Part shown: positions 7,815 through 17,647 of the stretch, piece by piece
Layout: each line of letters starts with the position of its first letter
Position numbering within the stretch: the stretch's first letter is position 1
DNA from: Candidatus Methylomirabilota bacterium
GTDB lineage: Bacteria; Methylomirabilota; Methylomirabilia; Rokubacteriales; CSP1-6
Direction: 5' to 3'
NCBI GenBank assembly: GCA_035312605.1
Contig: DATGBR010000168.1
Span: 1-55,528, forward strand
DNA length: 55,528 nucleotides
Program-made: the position numbers and the translations under genes
The notes under the pieces: generated by a model
What the model was told of the DNA's origin: nothing
Seen by the model: only the letters and a program-made list of their open reading frames with translations
Databases searched by the model: none

Positions 7815-10800
7815 TCAGCCCGTGGCCCACACGTCGACCAGGTAGCGGCCCTCGGCGGTGAGCCCGTCGAGCCAGGCAAGGGCGGTCCGCTCGTCGGAGC
7901 CGGTCTCCTCGCGATGGATCGCCGCGAAGGCGCGCCGCACGTCGGGCGCCATGCGGGTGGCGTCGCCGCAGACGTAGACGATCGCGCCCTGCTGGAGCAG
8001 CTTCCACACCTCCGCCCGCTGCTCCCGGAGCTGATCCTGCACGTAGGTCTTCTGCGCGCCCGGAGCGCGAGAGAAGCACGCGAAGAGGCGTGCCACGCCC
8101 TGGTCCGCGAAGGCCCGCAGCTCGTCCTCGTAGATGAAGTCCTGCCGAGGGTGGCGGCAGCCGAAGAAGAGCAGCGCGGGACCGACCGCCTGCCCGCGCT
8201 CGCGGAGGGCGGCGCGCTCCTGCAGGAAGCCACGGAAGGGCGCCAGCCCGGTGCCGGGCCCGATCATGACGATCGGCGTCGCCGCATTCTCCGGCAGGCG
8301 GAAGGCGGAGCGGGTGTCCTTGACGAAGGCGTGGACCGGCTCGCCCTCCTTCTGGTGGAGGAGGTAGCCGGAGCACACCCCGTGAAAGGTCCCGCGGCCC
8401 GAGCGCGCTTCGCCCTCCACGATCGCCACCGTGATGCTGCAGCGACGCTCGTGCCGGAGCGGCGAGGACGAGATCGAGTAGTAGCGCGGCCGGAGCGGCG
8501 GCAGCATCTCGAGATAGCGATTGAACGGGAGCTGGCAGGCCGGGAACTCGTCCAGGAGGTCGATCACCGACTTGCGCCGCGCCAGGACCTCCTCGCGGTA
8601 GCGCGCCTCGTCCTCGGCGAGGGCCCGCAGGCGCGGCCCCGTCCACGGGCACTCGGTGTGCCCGGCGAGCCCCTGGATCTGCTTCCGGGTCGCGGGATCC
8701 TGCAGCTCGACGTAGTCGCCGAGCAGGCGGCTCACGCGGACCGGCTGATCCACCGGGAGAAAGGTCTTGCGGCTCCCGGGCAGCCGGAGCCGGATGGACG
8801 CGGCGGGGTCGAGACCGAAGCGGGCGGCCACCCGCGCGACGAGCGCGTCCGCGTTGCGAGGGATCACCCCCAGGTGATCGCCCGCGCGATAGGCCACGCC
8901 GTCGGGCAGCTCGAGCTCCACGTGTCGGGTCGAGCGCGGCGAGGGATCGGCGCCGGTCCGCGTGTGCAGCTCGCGGTTGACCGCCACCCGCATCGCGCGG
9001 GCCCCGAGCGAGTCGACGAACGGGCTCGCCTCCCCGCCCTCGACCTCCTCGACCGTCAGGTGCGCGGTCTCCACCGCCTCCGGGGGCGCCAGCTCGACCC
9101 CGAGCGCCGTGGCCAGGGTCCCCAGCAGCGGATCCTGCCAGGCCTGGAACTGCCCGTCGAAGTCCTCCCGCGCATCGCCTTCGCCGCGCGGGTAGAGCCG
9201 CTCGGCCCCGAGCGCGGCGAGCCGCTCGTCGATGAGCCGGGGCACCGCCTGGAACGTGGAGGCCCAGTCCCGGTTGCCGCAGCCCCACACCGTGTAGCGC
9301 ACGCCCGCGAGCGAGACGGTATCCGGCTCGGCCGCGCGCAGCCATTCGCAGAAGCGGACCGCGTTGTCGGGCGGCGTGCCGTTGTAGGACGCCGACGCGA
9401 TGACCACCGCGCCCTCGCCGGGCAGCCGACCGACATAGTCGTCGAGCGGAGCCACCGTGACCGCGAAACCGCCCGCCTCGCCCGATTCCGCTACCCGGCG
9501 CGCGACCTCCTCGGCGGTGCCCAGGTTGGAGCCGTAGAGCACGAGGAGAGGCGTGCCGTGCCGCGGACCCGTCGATGCGAGGATCGGCCCCGCCGCGGCG
9601 GCCGTCGCGCGGACCGCCGGACGCCCGGGCGGGTGGCTCCGGTCGCGATCGGGTCGCCGCCGCACCCGGATGCGGAAGCCGTCCGGCTTGACGGTCAGCG
9701 TTTCCTTGAGGGCCAGCCGGTAGCGGGTGTGGTCGACCAGCTGGAAGCGCTGCAGGATCATGCCGAGCACGAGCGTCGCCTCGACGAGGGCGAACTGGCG
9801 GCCGATGCAGGCCCGCTGGCCGTTGCCGAAGGGCTTGTAGGCGTTGGCCGGACGCCCCGACTCGGCCTCGCGCGAGAAGTTGTCCGGATCGAAGACCTCG
9901 GCGCGCTCCCCCCACACCGCGGGATCGCGGTGGAGCATGGGCGTGAGCACCACGATCTGGTACGGCTTCTTCATCCGGTACGTCCCGCCGATCGTGGTGT
10001 CCTCGTAGGGCGAGAGGGCGAAGACCGGCGCGGTGGGCCAGAGGCGCAGCGACTCCTTCAGCACCTGGCCGAGGTAGGTCAGCTGGTTGACCTGGGCGTA
10101 GGTCGGCGGCACCGAGGGGTCGGAGCCGAGGACCCGGTCCACCTCCTCGTGGGCACGGGCGAGCACCTCCGGATTCTGGAGCAGGAAGTAAGTGGCGAAG
10201 GACAGGAGGCCGCTCGTCGTCTCGTGCCCCGCGATCAGGAAGGTGATCACCTGGTAGCGGATGTTGAGATCCTCGAGCCGCTCGCCGCTCTTCCGATCCA
10301 CGCCGGAGAGCATGCAGCTCAGGAGATCCGGCTTCGAGGCGTCATCCCGGCGTTCCTGCCGGCGCTCCTGGATGATCCGGTCCACCATCTCGTTCATGTA
10401 GCGGATGTCGGCCTTGAGCTGGCGCTCCCGATCCTTCTTGATCAGGCTCTCGAGCGGCAGGCCCCGCGTCTCCATCGAGGCCCCGAGGGCCCCGATCATC
10501 GCCCCCACGAACGGGTGGTTGGCGTCGCGGTAGAACGAGTTGAAGCGGTAGCCGAACCCGCAGAGCCCGATGGTGTCGAGGGTGAGCGACGTCATGTCGT
10601 GGGTGACGTCGATCTCGTCGTCGACGTTGAGCCGCTCCCACTTGAGCACCAGCTGCTGGGCGATGTCGACCATCATCGGGTGATAGCCCTGCATGGCGCG
10701 CGACCCGAAGTTGGGCAGGAGGATGTTGTGGGCCCGCGACCAGTTCGGCTCCTGGGTGTAGGCGGTGAAGAGGCCGTCGCCCGCGAAGGCACGGAGCCGG

Positions 10801-11042
10801 CGCAGGGCGCCCTTGACGCTCTTGTCGAAGCGCGTCTCGTCGCACAGCTCGTCGACCAGGGAGAAGCCCGAGACCACCACGAGCGGCTTGCCCATCATGT
10901 CGAGCCAGTAGATGGGCCCGTACTGGCGCGCGAGCGTGATCATGTCCTGGATCGGGGTGCTGATCCCGAGCGAGAGCAGGTTGCCCAGGACGAGCGTGCG
11001 CGGGGGATGCGGGATCGGGTCGAGGAGGTTCTTCTGGGCCAT
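7815..11042 (-). CDS. bifunctional cytochrome P450 / NADPH-P450 reductase (CYP102, P450 BM3-like self-sufficient fatty-acid hydroxylase)
   Basis: 1075 aa. Heme loop FGNGQRACIGRQFAL. FMN domain LLVLYGSNLGTAEE. FAD/NADPH domain RYYSISSSP and GPGTGLAPFRGF. The N-terminus is collinear with BM3. Confidence 0.95.
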   Translation of the reverse strand: MAQKNLLDPIPHPPRTLVLGNLLSLGISTPIQDMITLARQYGPIYWLDMMGKPLVVVSGFSLVDELCDETRFDKSVKGALRRLRAFAGDGLFTAYTQEPNWSRAHNILLPNFGSRAMQGYHPMMVDIAQQLVLKWERLNVDDEIDVTHDMTSLTLDTIGLCGFGYRFNSFYRDANHPFVGAMIGALGASMETRGLPLESLIKKDRERQLKADIRYMNEMVDRIIQERRQERRDDASKPDLLSCMLSGVDRKSGERLEDLNIRYQVITFLIAGHETTSGLLSFATYFLLQNPEVLARAHEEVDRVLGSDPSVPPTYAQVNQLTYLGQVLKESLRLWPTAPVFALSPYEDTTIGGTYRMKKPYQIVVLTPMLHRDPAVWGERAEVFDPDNFSREAESGRPANAYKPFGNGQRACIGRQFALVEATLVLGMILQRFQLVDHTRYRLALKETLTVKPDGFRIRVRRRPDRDRSHPPGRPAVRATAAAAGPILASTGPRHGTPLLVLYGSNLGTAEEVARRVAESGEAGGFAVTVAPLDDYVGRLPGEGAVVIASASYNGTPPDNAVRFCEWLRAAEPDTVSLAGVRYTVWGCGNRDWASTFQAVPRLIDERLAALGAERLYPRGEGDAREDFDGQFQAWQDPLLGTLATALGVELAPPEAVETAHLTVEEVEGGEASPFVDSLGARAMRVAVNRELHTRTGADPSPRSTRHVELELPDGVAYRAGDHLGVIPRNADALVARVAARFGLDPAASIRLRLPGSRKTFLPVDQPVRVSRLLGDYVELQDPATRKQIQGLAGHTECPWTGPRLRALAEDEARYREEVLARRKSVIDLLDEFPACQLPFNRYLEMLPPLRPRYYSISSSPLRHERRCSITVAIVEGEARSGRGTFHGVCSGYLLHQKEGEPVHAFVKDTRSAFRLPENAATPIVMIGPGTGLAPFRGFLQERAALRERGQAVGPALLFFGCRHPRQDFIYEDELRAFADQGVARLFACFSRAPGAQKTYVQDQLREQRAEVWKLLQQGAIVYVCGDATRMAPDVRRAFAAIHREETGSDERTALAWLDGLTAEGRYLVDVWATG

Positions 11043-11047
11043 CGACG

Positions 11048-11629
11048 CTAGTCGTCGTGATCGGTCAGGCCGGTGACGTCGTATCCCATCACCACCAGGT
11101 CGCGGGTGCGGCCCGTGTGATCGACCACGAAGTCCTGCAGCAGCGCCTCCGGCCGGAAGCCGAGCCGCTCGAAGGTGACCATGGCCCCCTTCTGGTCCGG
11201 CGTCATCTGGGCCACGATCTTGCGGAGGCCACGACCGCGGGCCAGCCCGAAGATCTCGCCGGCGAGGGCCCGGCCCAAGCCCTGGGAGCGGAAGCGCAGC
11301 GCGACCTGGGTCCGGATCTCGCCCAGGTGCCGCTGCCAGGCGACCCGGTTCTGCACCAGGGCCGCGTAGCCCGCGATCTCCCCGCCCGCCTCCGCGAGGA
11401 CAGTGGTGGTGAGCCCGGCCTCGAGGTTGCGCATCCAGTGCGCGACCGCGTCGGGATCGGTGATGTCCATGCGCAGGAAGAGCAGGTCGTCCTCCGGCAG
11501 GCTGCGCGCGAACGCGGCGATCGGTGCGGCGTCCGCCGGGATCATCAGGCGCAGCACGATCGGCGTGCCGTCCTTGAGCTGGACGGTGCGCGGGAGGGCT
11601 CGAGCGGGAGACGTCGGTGCGTCACTCAT
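11048..11629 (-). CDS. GNAT family N-acyltransferase
   Basis: Acetyltransferase core RFRSQGLGRALAGEIFGLARGRGLRKI (Q/RxxGxG/A). Start set at ATG 11629 because the track extension to 11653 uses ATA/CTA/TCT codons that are atypical here. 5-nt gap to the CYP102 start. Confidence 0.8.
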   Translation of the reverse strand: MSDAPTSPARALPRTVQLKDGTPIVLRLMIPADAAPIAAFARSLPEDDLLFLRMDITDPDAVAHWMRNLEAGLTTTVLAEAGGEIAGYAALVQNRVAWQRHLGEIRTQVALRFRSQGLGRALAGEIFGLARGRGLRKIVAQMTPDQKGAMVTFERLGFRPEALLQDFVVDHTGRTRDLVVMGYDVTGLTDHDD

Positions 11630-11651
11630 GGGGAGACGTAGTATAGAGGCC

Positions 11652-13409
11652 ATGGACGTCCTGGTCGAGACCCGCCGGGGCCGTGTGCGCGGCCTGGCCG
11701 AGGAAGGCCTCGCGGTATTCCGCGGGATCCCCTACGCCCGCCCGCCGGTCGGGCCGCGGCGCTTCGGGCCACCCGAGCCGCCCGAGGCGTGGACCGGCAC
11801 GCACGACGCCACGCGCTTCGGGCCGTCGGCCCCGCAGAACGGCGCGCTCATCGGGCCCATCATGAGCCTCGGCATCGGCCGTACCAGCGAGGACTGCCTC
11901 TATCTGAACGTCTGGACGCCCGCGGCCGACCGCCGGCGACGGCCGGTCCTGGTGTGGATCCACGGCGGAGCCTTCCTGCTGGGCTCGGGCTCCCAGATGC
12001 TCTATGACGGCGCGACCCTGGCCCGGCGGGGGGACGTGGTGGTCGTCACCATCAACTACCGGCTCGGTGCCTTCGGCTTCCTTCGCCTGCGCGACCGCTT
12101 CGGCCAGCGGCTCCCCGCCACCGGCAACGAGGGCCTCCTCGACCAGGTGGCCGCGCTCACCTGGGTACGCGACGAGATCGAGGCCTTCGGCGGCGACCCC
12201 GACCAGGTCACGATCTTCGGCGAGTCGGCCGGCGCCATGAGCTGCGCCACCCTCCTTGGCCTCGCGCGCGCCCACGGGCTCTTCCACCGCGCGATCCTCC
12301 AGTCCGGCGGCGCCAACTTCGTGTGGCCCCGCGAGATCGCCACCGAGCTCTCCGACCATGTGCTCGACGAGCTGGGAGTCGCCTCGCCGGAGGCCCTGCA
12401 GAGTCTGGGCGCCGATCGGATCCTCGAGGTCCAGCGCCGGTTCTTCGGGGACCTGCTCCTCGGCGAGGACCACGTGCTGGGCGGCCTCTCCGCCACCGGG
12501 CAGCGCGTGGCGGGCGCGATGTTCCTCGGCCTGTCCCTCGCGCAGCGACGGTTCGGCCGCCTCACCGCACCCCTCGCCCGCGGGCTCGTCGATGTCCTCA
12601 AGCGCCGGGGCCGTCGTCTCCCTGCGGGACGGTCGGACGCGATGGCGCCGCTGCGACGGCTGCGCACCCAGGGCCTCCCCTTCCAGCCGGTGGTGGACGG
12701 CGAGGTGCTCCCCGGCCACCCGCTCGCCGCCATCGGGGCGGGCGCGGCCCGCCACGTCCCGCTGCTGATCGGCACCAACCTCGACGAGTCGAAGCTCTTC
12801 GCGCCGCTCGATCCGGAGGCCGCGACCCTCGACGAGGCGGGCCTGGTGGCCCGCTGCGAGGAGGCCATCGCGGCTGGGCAGGTCGGCGTCCGGGGAGCCG
12901 GGAGGCGCGCGGTCGAGGTCTACCGCGCGGCGCGGGCGGCGCGCGGCGAGCGCGTCGAGCCGGGAGAGCTGTGGTTTGCGATCGAGACCGACCGGACCAT
13001 GCGCCATCCCGCGATGAGCCTGGCCGCGCGGCAGGCCGCGCATCAGCCGCAGACCTACGCCTACCTGTTTACCTGGCCCTCGCCGGTGCTGGGCGGCATG
13101 CTCGGCTCCTGCCACGCCCTGGATCTGCCCTTCGTCTTCGGCACCCTCGAGCATCGGCTGCTCCGCCCGCTCGTCGGCCGGGGCCCGGAGGCGCTGGCTC
13201 TCGCCGCGCGCGTCCAGGACTCCTGGATCGCCTTCGCGCGCACCGGACGGCCCGAGCATGGAGGCGTCCCCGACTGGCCGTCCTACGACGGCGCGCACCG
13301 CCGCACCATGATCCTGGATCGGCAATGCCGGGTGGAGAATGCGCCGCGCGAGGCGGAGCGCGCCTTCTGGGAGTCGGTGGATCGGGCCGTGGGGCGTCAT
13401 CCGGGCTAG
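11652..13409 (+). CDS. carboxylesterase/lipase type B (para-nitrobenzyl esterase-like)
   Basis: In-frame ATG 11652. N-terminal GIPYARPPVGPRRF, EDCLYLNVW and the nucleophile motif FGESAGA. 585 aa. Confidence 0.9.
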   Translation: MDVLVETRRGRVRGLAEEGLAVFRGIPYARPPVGPRRFGPPEPPEAWTGTHDATRFGPSAPQNGALIGPIMSLGIGRTSEDCLYLNVWTPAADRRRRPVLVWIHGGAFLLGSGSQMLYDGATLARRGDVVVVTINYRLGAFGFLRLRDRFGQRLPATGNEGLLDQVAALTWVRDEIEAFGGDPDQVTIFGESAGAMSCATLLGLARAHGLFHRAILQSGGANFVWPREIATELSDHVLDELGVASPEALQSLGADRILEVQRRFFGDLLLGEDHVLGGLSATGQRVAGAMFLGLSLAQRRFGRLTAPLARGLVDVLKRRGRRLPAGRSDAMAPLRRLRTQGLPFQPVVDGEVLPGHPLAAIGAGAARHVPLLIGTNLDESKLFAPLDPEAATLDEAGLVARCEEAIAAGQVGVRGAGRRAVEVYRAARAARGERVEPGELWFAIETDRTMRHPAMSLAARQAAHQPQTYAYLFTWPSPVLGGMLGSCHALDLPFVFGTLEHRLLRPLVGRGPEALALAARVQDSWIAFARTGRPEHGGVPDWPSYDGAHRRTMILDRQCRVENAPREAERAFWESVDRAVGRHPG

Positions 13410-13424
13410 CGCCCGGATCGCCGC

Positions 13425-14174
13425 TCAGGCCGCGGACTGGCCGCCGTCGAGGAAGAGGGTCTGCCCGGTCATGAAGTCGGAGGCGGCGGAGGCCAGGTAG
13501 ACCACCAGCGGCCCGATCTCCTCGAGCCGTCCGGTACGGCGCGCCGGCACGTCGCGGAGGAGCCGCTCGCTGACGCGCGGATCGCCGAAGGCCTCCGCAT
13601 TCATGTCGGTGACGAACCAGCCGGGCGCGACCGCGTTGACCTGGATGGAGTGACGGGCCCACTCCGCGGCCAGGGCCCGCGTGAACCCCATCACCCCGCT
13701 CTTGGACGCGGCGTAGGCGCTGTAGCCGGGCAGCCCCACCTGTCCCAGCACCGAGGCCACGTTGACGATCTTGCCGGACTTCTGGGCGATGAGGTGGGCG
13801 GCGGCGGCGCGGCAGCCGTTGAACACCCCGACCAGGTTGACGTCGAGGGTGGCGCGGAAGTCCTCGGGCGACATCTGCGCGACGGGGGCCACGCGCGCAA
13901 TCCCCGAGTTGTTCACCACGACGTGGAGGCCGCCCAGCTCGCCGACCGTGCGCGCCACCAGCCCCGCCACCTGCGCGTAGACGCTCACGTCGGTGGTGAT
14001 CGCGAGGGCGCGGCGGCCGGTGGCCCGGACGAGGCGCGCGGTCTCATCGAGGTCGGGCTGGGAGCGCGCGGCGAGCGCCACGTCGGCACCCGCCTCCGCG
14101 AGCGCCACCGCCATCGCGCGCCCGAGGCCGCGGCTGGCGCCGGTGACGATGGCGACGCGGCCGTCGAGGCGCAT
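13425..14174 (-). CDS. SDR family oxidoreductase
   Basis: TGASRGLG cofactor motif, NNSG, and the YAASK catalytic Y-x3-K. 249 aa. Confidence 0.9.
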   Translation of the reverse strand: MRLDGRVAIVTGASRGLGRAMAVALAEAGADVALAARSQPDLDETARLVRATGRRALAITTDVSVYAQVAGLVARTVGELGGLHVVVNNSGIARVAPVAQMSPEDFRATLDVNLVGVFNGCRAAAAHLIAQKSGKIVNVASVLGQVGLPGYSAYAASKSGVMGFTRALAAEWARHSIQVNAVAPGWFVTDMNAEAFGDPRVSERLLRDVPARRTGRLEEIGPLVVYLASAASDFMTGQTLFLDGGQSAA

Positions 14175-14190
14175 CGCCGCGAGGGCCCCG

Positions 14191-15981
14191 CTATCGGTAG
14201 AGGGAATCGAGCAGCTCCCGGTGCTTGTCGGTGATGACCCGGCGCTTGACCTTCAGCGTCGGGGTCAGGAGCCCGTTCTCGACCGTGAAGTCGCCGGGCA
14301 GGATCATGAACTTCTTGACCTTCGCGTAGGACTGCAGCTCCCCGTTCCGCTCCTCCACGATGCGCGACACGCGCGCCACCACCTTCGGGTTCTTGGCGAG
14401 CGAGGAGGGTTCGGTATCGAGGATGCCTTGCTCCCGGGCATACTTGGCGAGCTCCTCCGGGTTCAGGGTGATGAGAGCCACCGGGTAGGGCCGCTTGTCC
14501 CCGTAGACCATCGCCTGACTGATGAACGGATCGCCCTTGAGCAGGTTCTCGACGTTCTGGGGCGCGATGTTCATCCCGCCCGCGGTGACGATGAGGTCCT
14601 TCTTGCGGTCGGTGATGAAGAGGAACCCGTCCTCGTCGATCCGCCCGATGTCTCCGGTCGCGAACCAGCCGTCGGCCAGGAAGACCTCCGCGGTCGCCTC
14701 CGGCTTCTTGAAGTAGCCCTTGGCGATGTTGGGCCCGCGCCCCATGATCTCCCCGTCGGGCGCGATCTTGACCTCGATGCCTGGCTGCGCCTGCCCGACC
14801 GATCCGAACTTGAAGTGCTCCATCCGGTTGAACGTGAGAGAGGGACAGGTCTCGGTGAGACCGTAGCCTTCCAGGATGAGGATGCCCGCCGCGTGGAAGA
14901 ACTCGGCGATCTCCTTGGAAAGCGGGGCGCCGCCCGAGACCGCGAAGCGCAGACGCCCGCCGAGGGCCTCGTGCAGCTTGCCGAACACGAGCGCGTGGGC
15001 GATGCGGTGCTTGAAGCCCAGCCGGGCCGGGACGGGCCGGCGGGCCTGCTGGAGCTTCGACACCTCCCGCCCCACCCCGACCGCCCAGTTGAAGATCTTG
15101 CGCTTGACCGGCGAGCCCGCCTCCGCCTTGGCGAGGACGCCCGCATAGACCTTCTCGAACACGCGGGGCACGCTGCAGATGAAGTGCGGCTTCACCTCGG
15201 GCAGGTTCTCGCGGAGCTTGTCGATGCTCTCGGCGAACGCGGTGGTGAGGCCCCGGTGCACGCCGATGAACGACTCGAGCCGCGCGAAGGAGTGCGCGAG
15301 CGGCAGGAAGAGCAGGTGGGTGTCGCCGTCCTGGATCCCCGACATCTTGGCCGCGGACCCGAGCGTGCCCAGGTGGTTGCCGTGGGTCTGGACCACGCCC
15401 TTAGGCGGGCCGGTGGTGCCCGACGTGTACACGATGGTGGCGATGTCTTCCGGCCCGACCGCGGCCACCCGGCTCGCCAGCTCCCCGCGGAGCCGCTCGA
15501 GGTTGTCCCGTCCGAGGCGCCGCAGCCCATCCCAGGTCATGACCCGGGCCGAGGACTCGCCCTGGTGGCCCTGCATCACCACGATCTGCTCGAGCCCTTC
15601 CATCTTGCCCTGCACCTCGAGGACCTTGGCGAGCTGCGCCGGATCCTCGACGAACAGGGTCTTCACCCCCGCGTCGTTGACGATGTACTGGATGAGGTCC
15701 GGGGGGTAGCTCGGATAGATCGGAATGGTGCGACAGCCCGCGGAGAAGGCCGCGAAGTCGGCCTGCACCCATTCGGCGCGACTCGCGGACAGGATGCCGA
15801 TCGCCTCGTCCTTGCGGCGGCCGAGGGCGAGCAGGCCGGTGGCCAGCTCGCGCACGATCTCCCCGACCTCGCGCCAGGGACGGGTGCGCCACGCGCCGCC
15901 CTCCTTCCACTGTTGGGCCGGCCGGTCGCCGTCGGTTTCGACCCGATGCCAGAACATGCTCGCCAGCGTCACGTGGGCCAT
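14191..15981 (-). CDS. long-chain fatty acid--CoA ligase
   Basis: AMP-binding motifs YTSGTTGPPKG, GYGLTE and GWFATGDIG. 596 aa. Confidence 0.9.
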   Translation of the reverse strand: MAHVTLASMFWHRVETDGDRPAQQWKEGGAWRTRPWREVGEIVRELATGLLALGRRKDEAIGILSASRAEWVQADFAAFSAGCRTIPIYPSYPPDLIQYIVNDAGVKTLFVEDPAQLAKVLEVQGKMEGLEQIVVMQGHQGESSARVMTWDGLRRLGRDNLERLRGELASRVAAVGPEDIATIVYTSGTTGPPKGVVQTHGNHLGTLGSAAKMSGIQDGDTHLLFLPLAHSFARLESFIGVHRGLTTAFAESIDKLRENLPEVKPHFICSVPRVFEKVYAGVLAKAEAGSPVKRKIFNWAVGVGREVSKLQQARRPVPARLGFKHRIAHALVFGKLHEALGGRLRFAVSGGAPLSKEIAEFFHAAGILILEGYGLTETCPSLTFNRMEHFKFGSVGQAQPGIEVKIAPDGEIMGRGPNIAKGYFKKPEATAEVFLADGWFATGDIGRIDEDGFLFITDRKKDLIVTAGGMNIAPQNVENLLKGDPFISQAMVYGDKRPYPVALITLNPEELAKYAREQGILDTEPSSLAKNPKVVARVSRIVEERNGELQSYAKVKKFMILPGDFTVENGLLTPTLKVKRRVITDKHRELLDSLYR

Positions 15982-15991
15982 GGTTCCCTCC

Positions 15992-17509
15992 TCACGCCTG
16001 TGTGCGGAGCTCTTTGCGCAGGATCTTGCCGATCGGGCTCTTGGGCAGCGAGTCCACGAAACGGATCTCCTTCGGCCACTTGAAGCGGGCCAGGCGGCCC
16101 TCGCAGAACGCGCCGATGTCCGCGGCGGTCGCCCGCTCGCCGCTCCGGAGCACGACGAACGCGAGCACGCCCTCCCCCATCAGCTCATCCTTCATGCCGA
16201 CCACCGCGGCCTCGGCCACCTTGGGGTGGGCGTAGAGGACCTCTTCGACCTCGTGCGGGTAGATGTTGAATCCGCCGCGGATGATCAGGTCCTTCTTGCG
16301 CTCGACGATGAAGAGGAAGCCGTCCTCGTCGAGCCGGCCCATGTCCCCGGTATGCAGCCACCCGGCCCTCACCGTCCGCGCCGTCTCCTCCGGGTTGCGG
16401 TAGTAGCCGACCATGACGCTCCGCCCGCGGACGCAGACCTCGCCCACCTCGCCCGCGGGGAGCCCGCGGTCAAGATCGTCCAGGATCGAGACCTCGACCC
16501 CGGGAATCGCGCGACCCACCGAGCCCACCTTGCGCGGGCCGCTCAGACGGTGCGCCGACACCACCGGGGAGGCCTCGGTCAGGCCGTAGCCCTCCAGGAT
16601 CTTGCCCCCGAACTTCCGCTCGAAGGGCTCCACGATCTCGGTTGGCAGCGGGGCCGCGCCCGAGCCCCACGCCCGCATCGAGCGGGTGTCGAAGCGGTCG
16701 GCCTCCGGGTAGTTCAGCAGGTAGATCAGCATGGTGGGCACCGCCGACATCGAGACCGCCCGGAACTCCTGGATGGTCTGCAGCACCGCCTCCGGGTGGA
16801 ACCAGCGGAGCAGCGCTGCCCGCGAGCCCAGGATGTGGCCGGCGTTCATCACGGTGAGGCCATAGGAGTGCGAGAGCGGCAGGACCGCCACCGCCCAGTC
16901 GTCCCGTCCGAGCTCGTTCAGCGAGGCGGCCGAGCGCGCGTTGGACTCGAGGTTGTCGTGGGAGAGGGCCACGCCCTTGGGGAGTCCGGTGGTTCCCGAG
17001 GTGTAGAGGATCACCGCCAGGTCTTCGGGGCGCCGCTCCACGGTCGGGAAAGTGTCCGGCTCCCCCGCGGCTTCCGCCGTCAGCGAGCGCGTCGTGCCGT
17101 CGCCACCGCCGTCCACCAGCAGGACGTGGTGCAGCGTGGGCAGGACGCCGATCTGCGCCTCGACCTTCCCGAGCATGTCGGCAGACGTGATCACCACGTT
17201 CGCCTCGGAGTCGGCCACGATGTGGGCGACTTCCCGCTCGCCCAGCAGGAAGATCACCGGAACGATGACGCCGCCACACTTGAGGATGCCGCCGTAGCTC
17301 TGGATCACCTCGGGGCAATTCGGAAGCATCACGACCACGCGATCCCCGGGGCCCACGCCCAGGCGCCGCATGGCGTGGGCCAGCCGAGCGGCCGCCCGCG
17401 CCTGCTCGAGATTGGTGTACCGGCGGCCCTCGAACGCCAGCGCGACATACTCGCCGTACTTGTCGAGGCTCTCGTCCGCGAGGCGAGTGAGGGACATGGA
17501 TCGGGTCAC
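15992..17509 (-). CDS. AMP-dependent acyl-CoA synthetase/ligase
   Basis: YTSGTTGLPKG, GYGLTE, GWLHTGDMG and C-terminal PKSPIGKILRKEL. 10-nt gap to the next ligase. Confidence 0.9.
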   Translation of the reverse strand: MTRSMSLTRLADESLDKYGEYVALAFEGRRYTNLEQARAAARLAHAMRRLGVGPGDRVVVMLPNCPEVIQSYGGILKCGGVIVPVIFLLGEREVAHIVADSEANVVITSADMLGKVEAQIGVLPTLHHVLLVDGGGDGTTRSLTAEAAGEPDTFPTVERRPEDLAVILYTSGTTGLPKGVALSHDNLESNARSAASLNELGRDDWAVAVLPLSHSYGLTVMNAGHILGSRAALLRWFHPEAVLQTIQEFRAVSMSAVPTMLIYLLNYPEADRFDTRSMRAWGSGAAPLPTEIVEPFERKFGGKILEGYGLTEASPVVSAHRLSGPRKVGSVGRAIPGVEVSILDDLDRGLPAGEVGEVCVRGRSVMVGYYRNPEETARTVRAGWLHTGDMGRLDEDGFLFIVERKKDLIIRGGFNIYPHEVEEVLYAHPKVAEAAVVGMKDELMGEGVLAFVVLRSGERATAADIGAFCEGRLARFKWPKEIRFVDSLPKSPIGKILRKELRTQA

Positions 17510-17577
17510 CAGTTCGTGATGAGTTTCAAGAGGTTACCCGTATAGCACGGTCGTCGTAACGCGACGCGATAAAACGC

Positions 17578-17606
17578 TTGACGCTCATAGCGCACCGCGT
17601 TATCCT
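17578..17606 (+). promoter_or_regulatory. sigma-70-type promoter of phasin paralog 2 (TTGACG-N17-TATCCT)
   Basis: Hexamers at 17578-17583 and 17601-17606. ATG 17648 lies ~40 nt downstream, with an AAGGAG SD. Confidence 0.55.
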
Positions 17607-17617
17607 CGACGGTGCGC
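17590..17617. promoter_or_regulatory. inverted repeat GCGCACCG-N12-CGGTGCGC spanning the phasin -10 element (candidate PhaR operator)
   Basis: Perfect 8-bp arms. The 12-nt spacer contains TATCCT. Confidence 0.4.
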
Positions 17618-17647
17618 GGTCGAAACAACACCAAGGAGCGAAACGAG

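Noticed and set aside
11630-11653. The longer GNAT start at 11653, which overlaps the esterase ATG on a CCATGG palindrome.
   Set aside because: The extension uses TCT, ATA, CTA and CGT codons that are atypical for this genome, and it contains the TATACT -10-like box.
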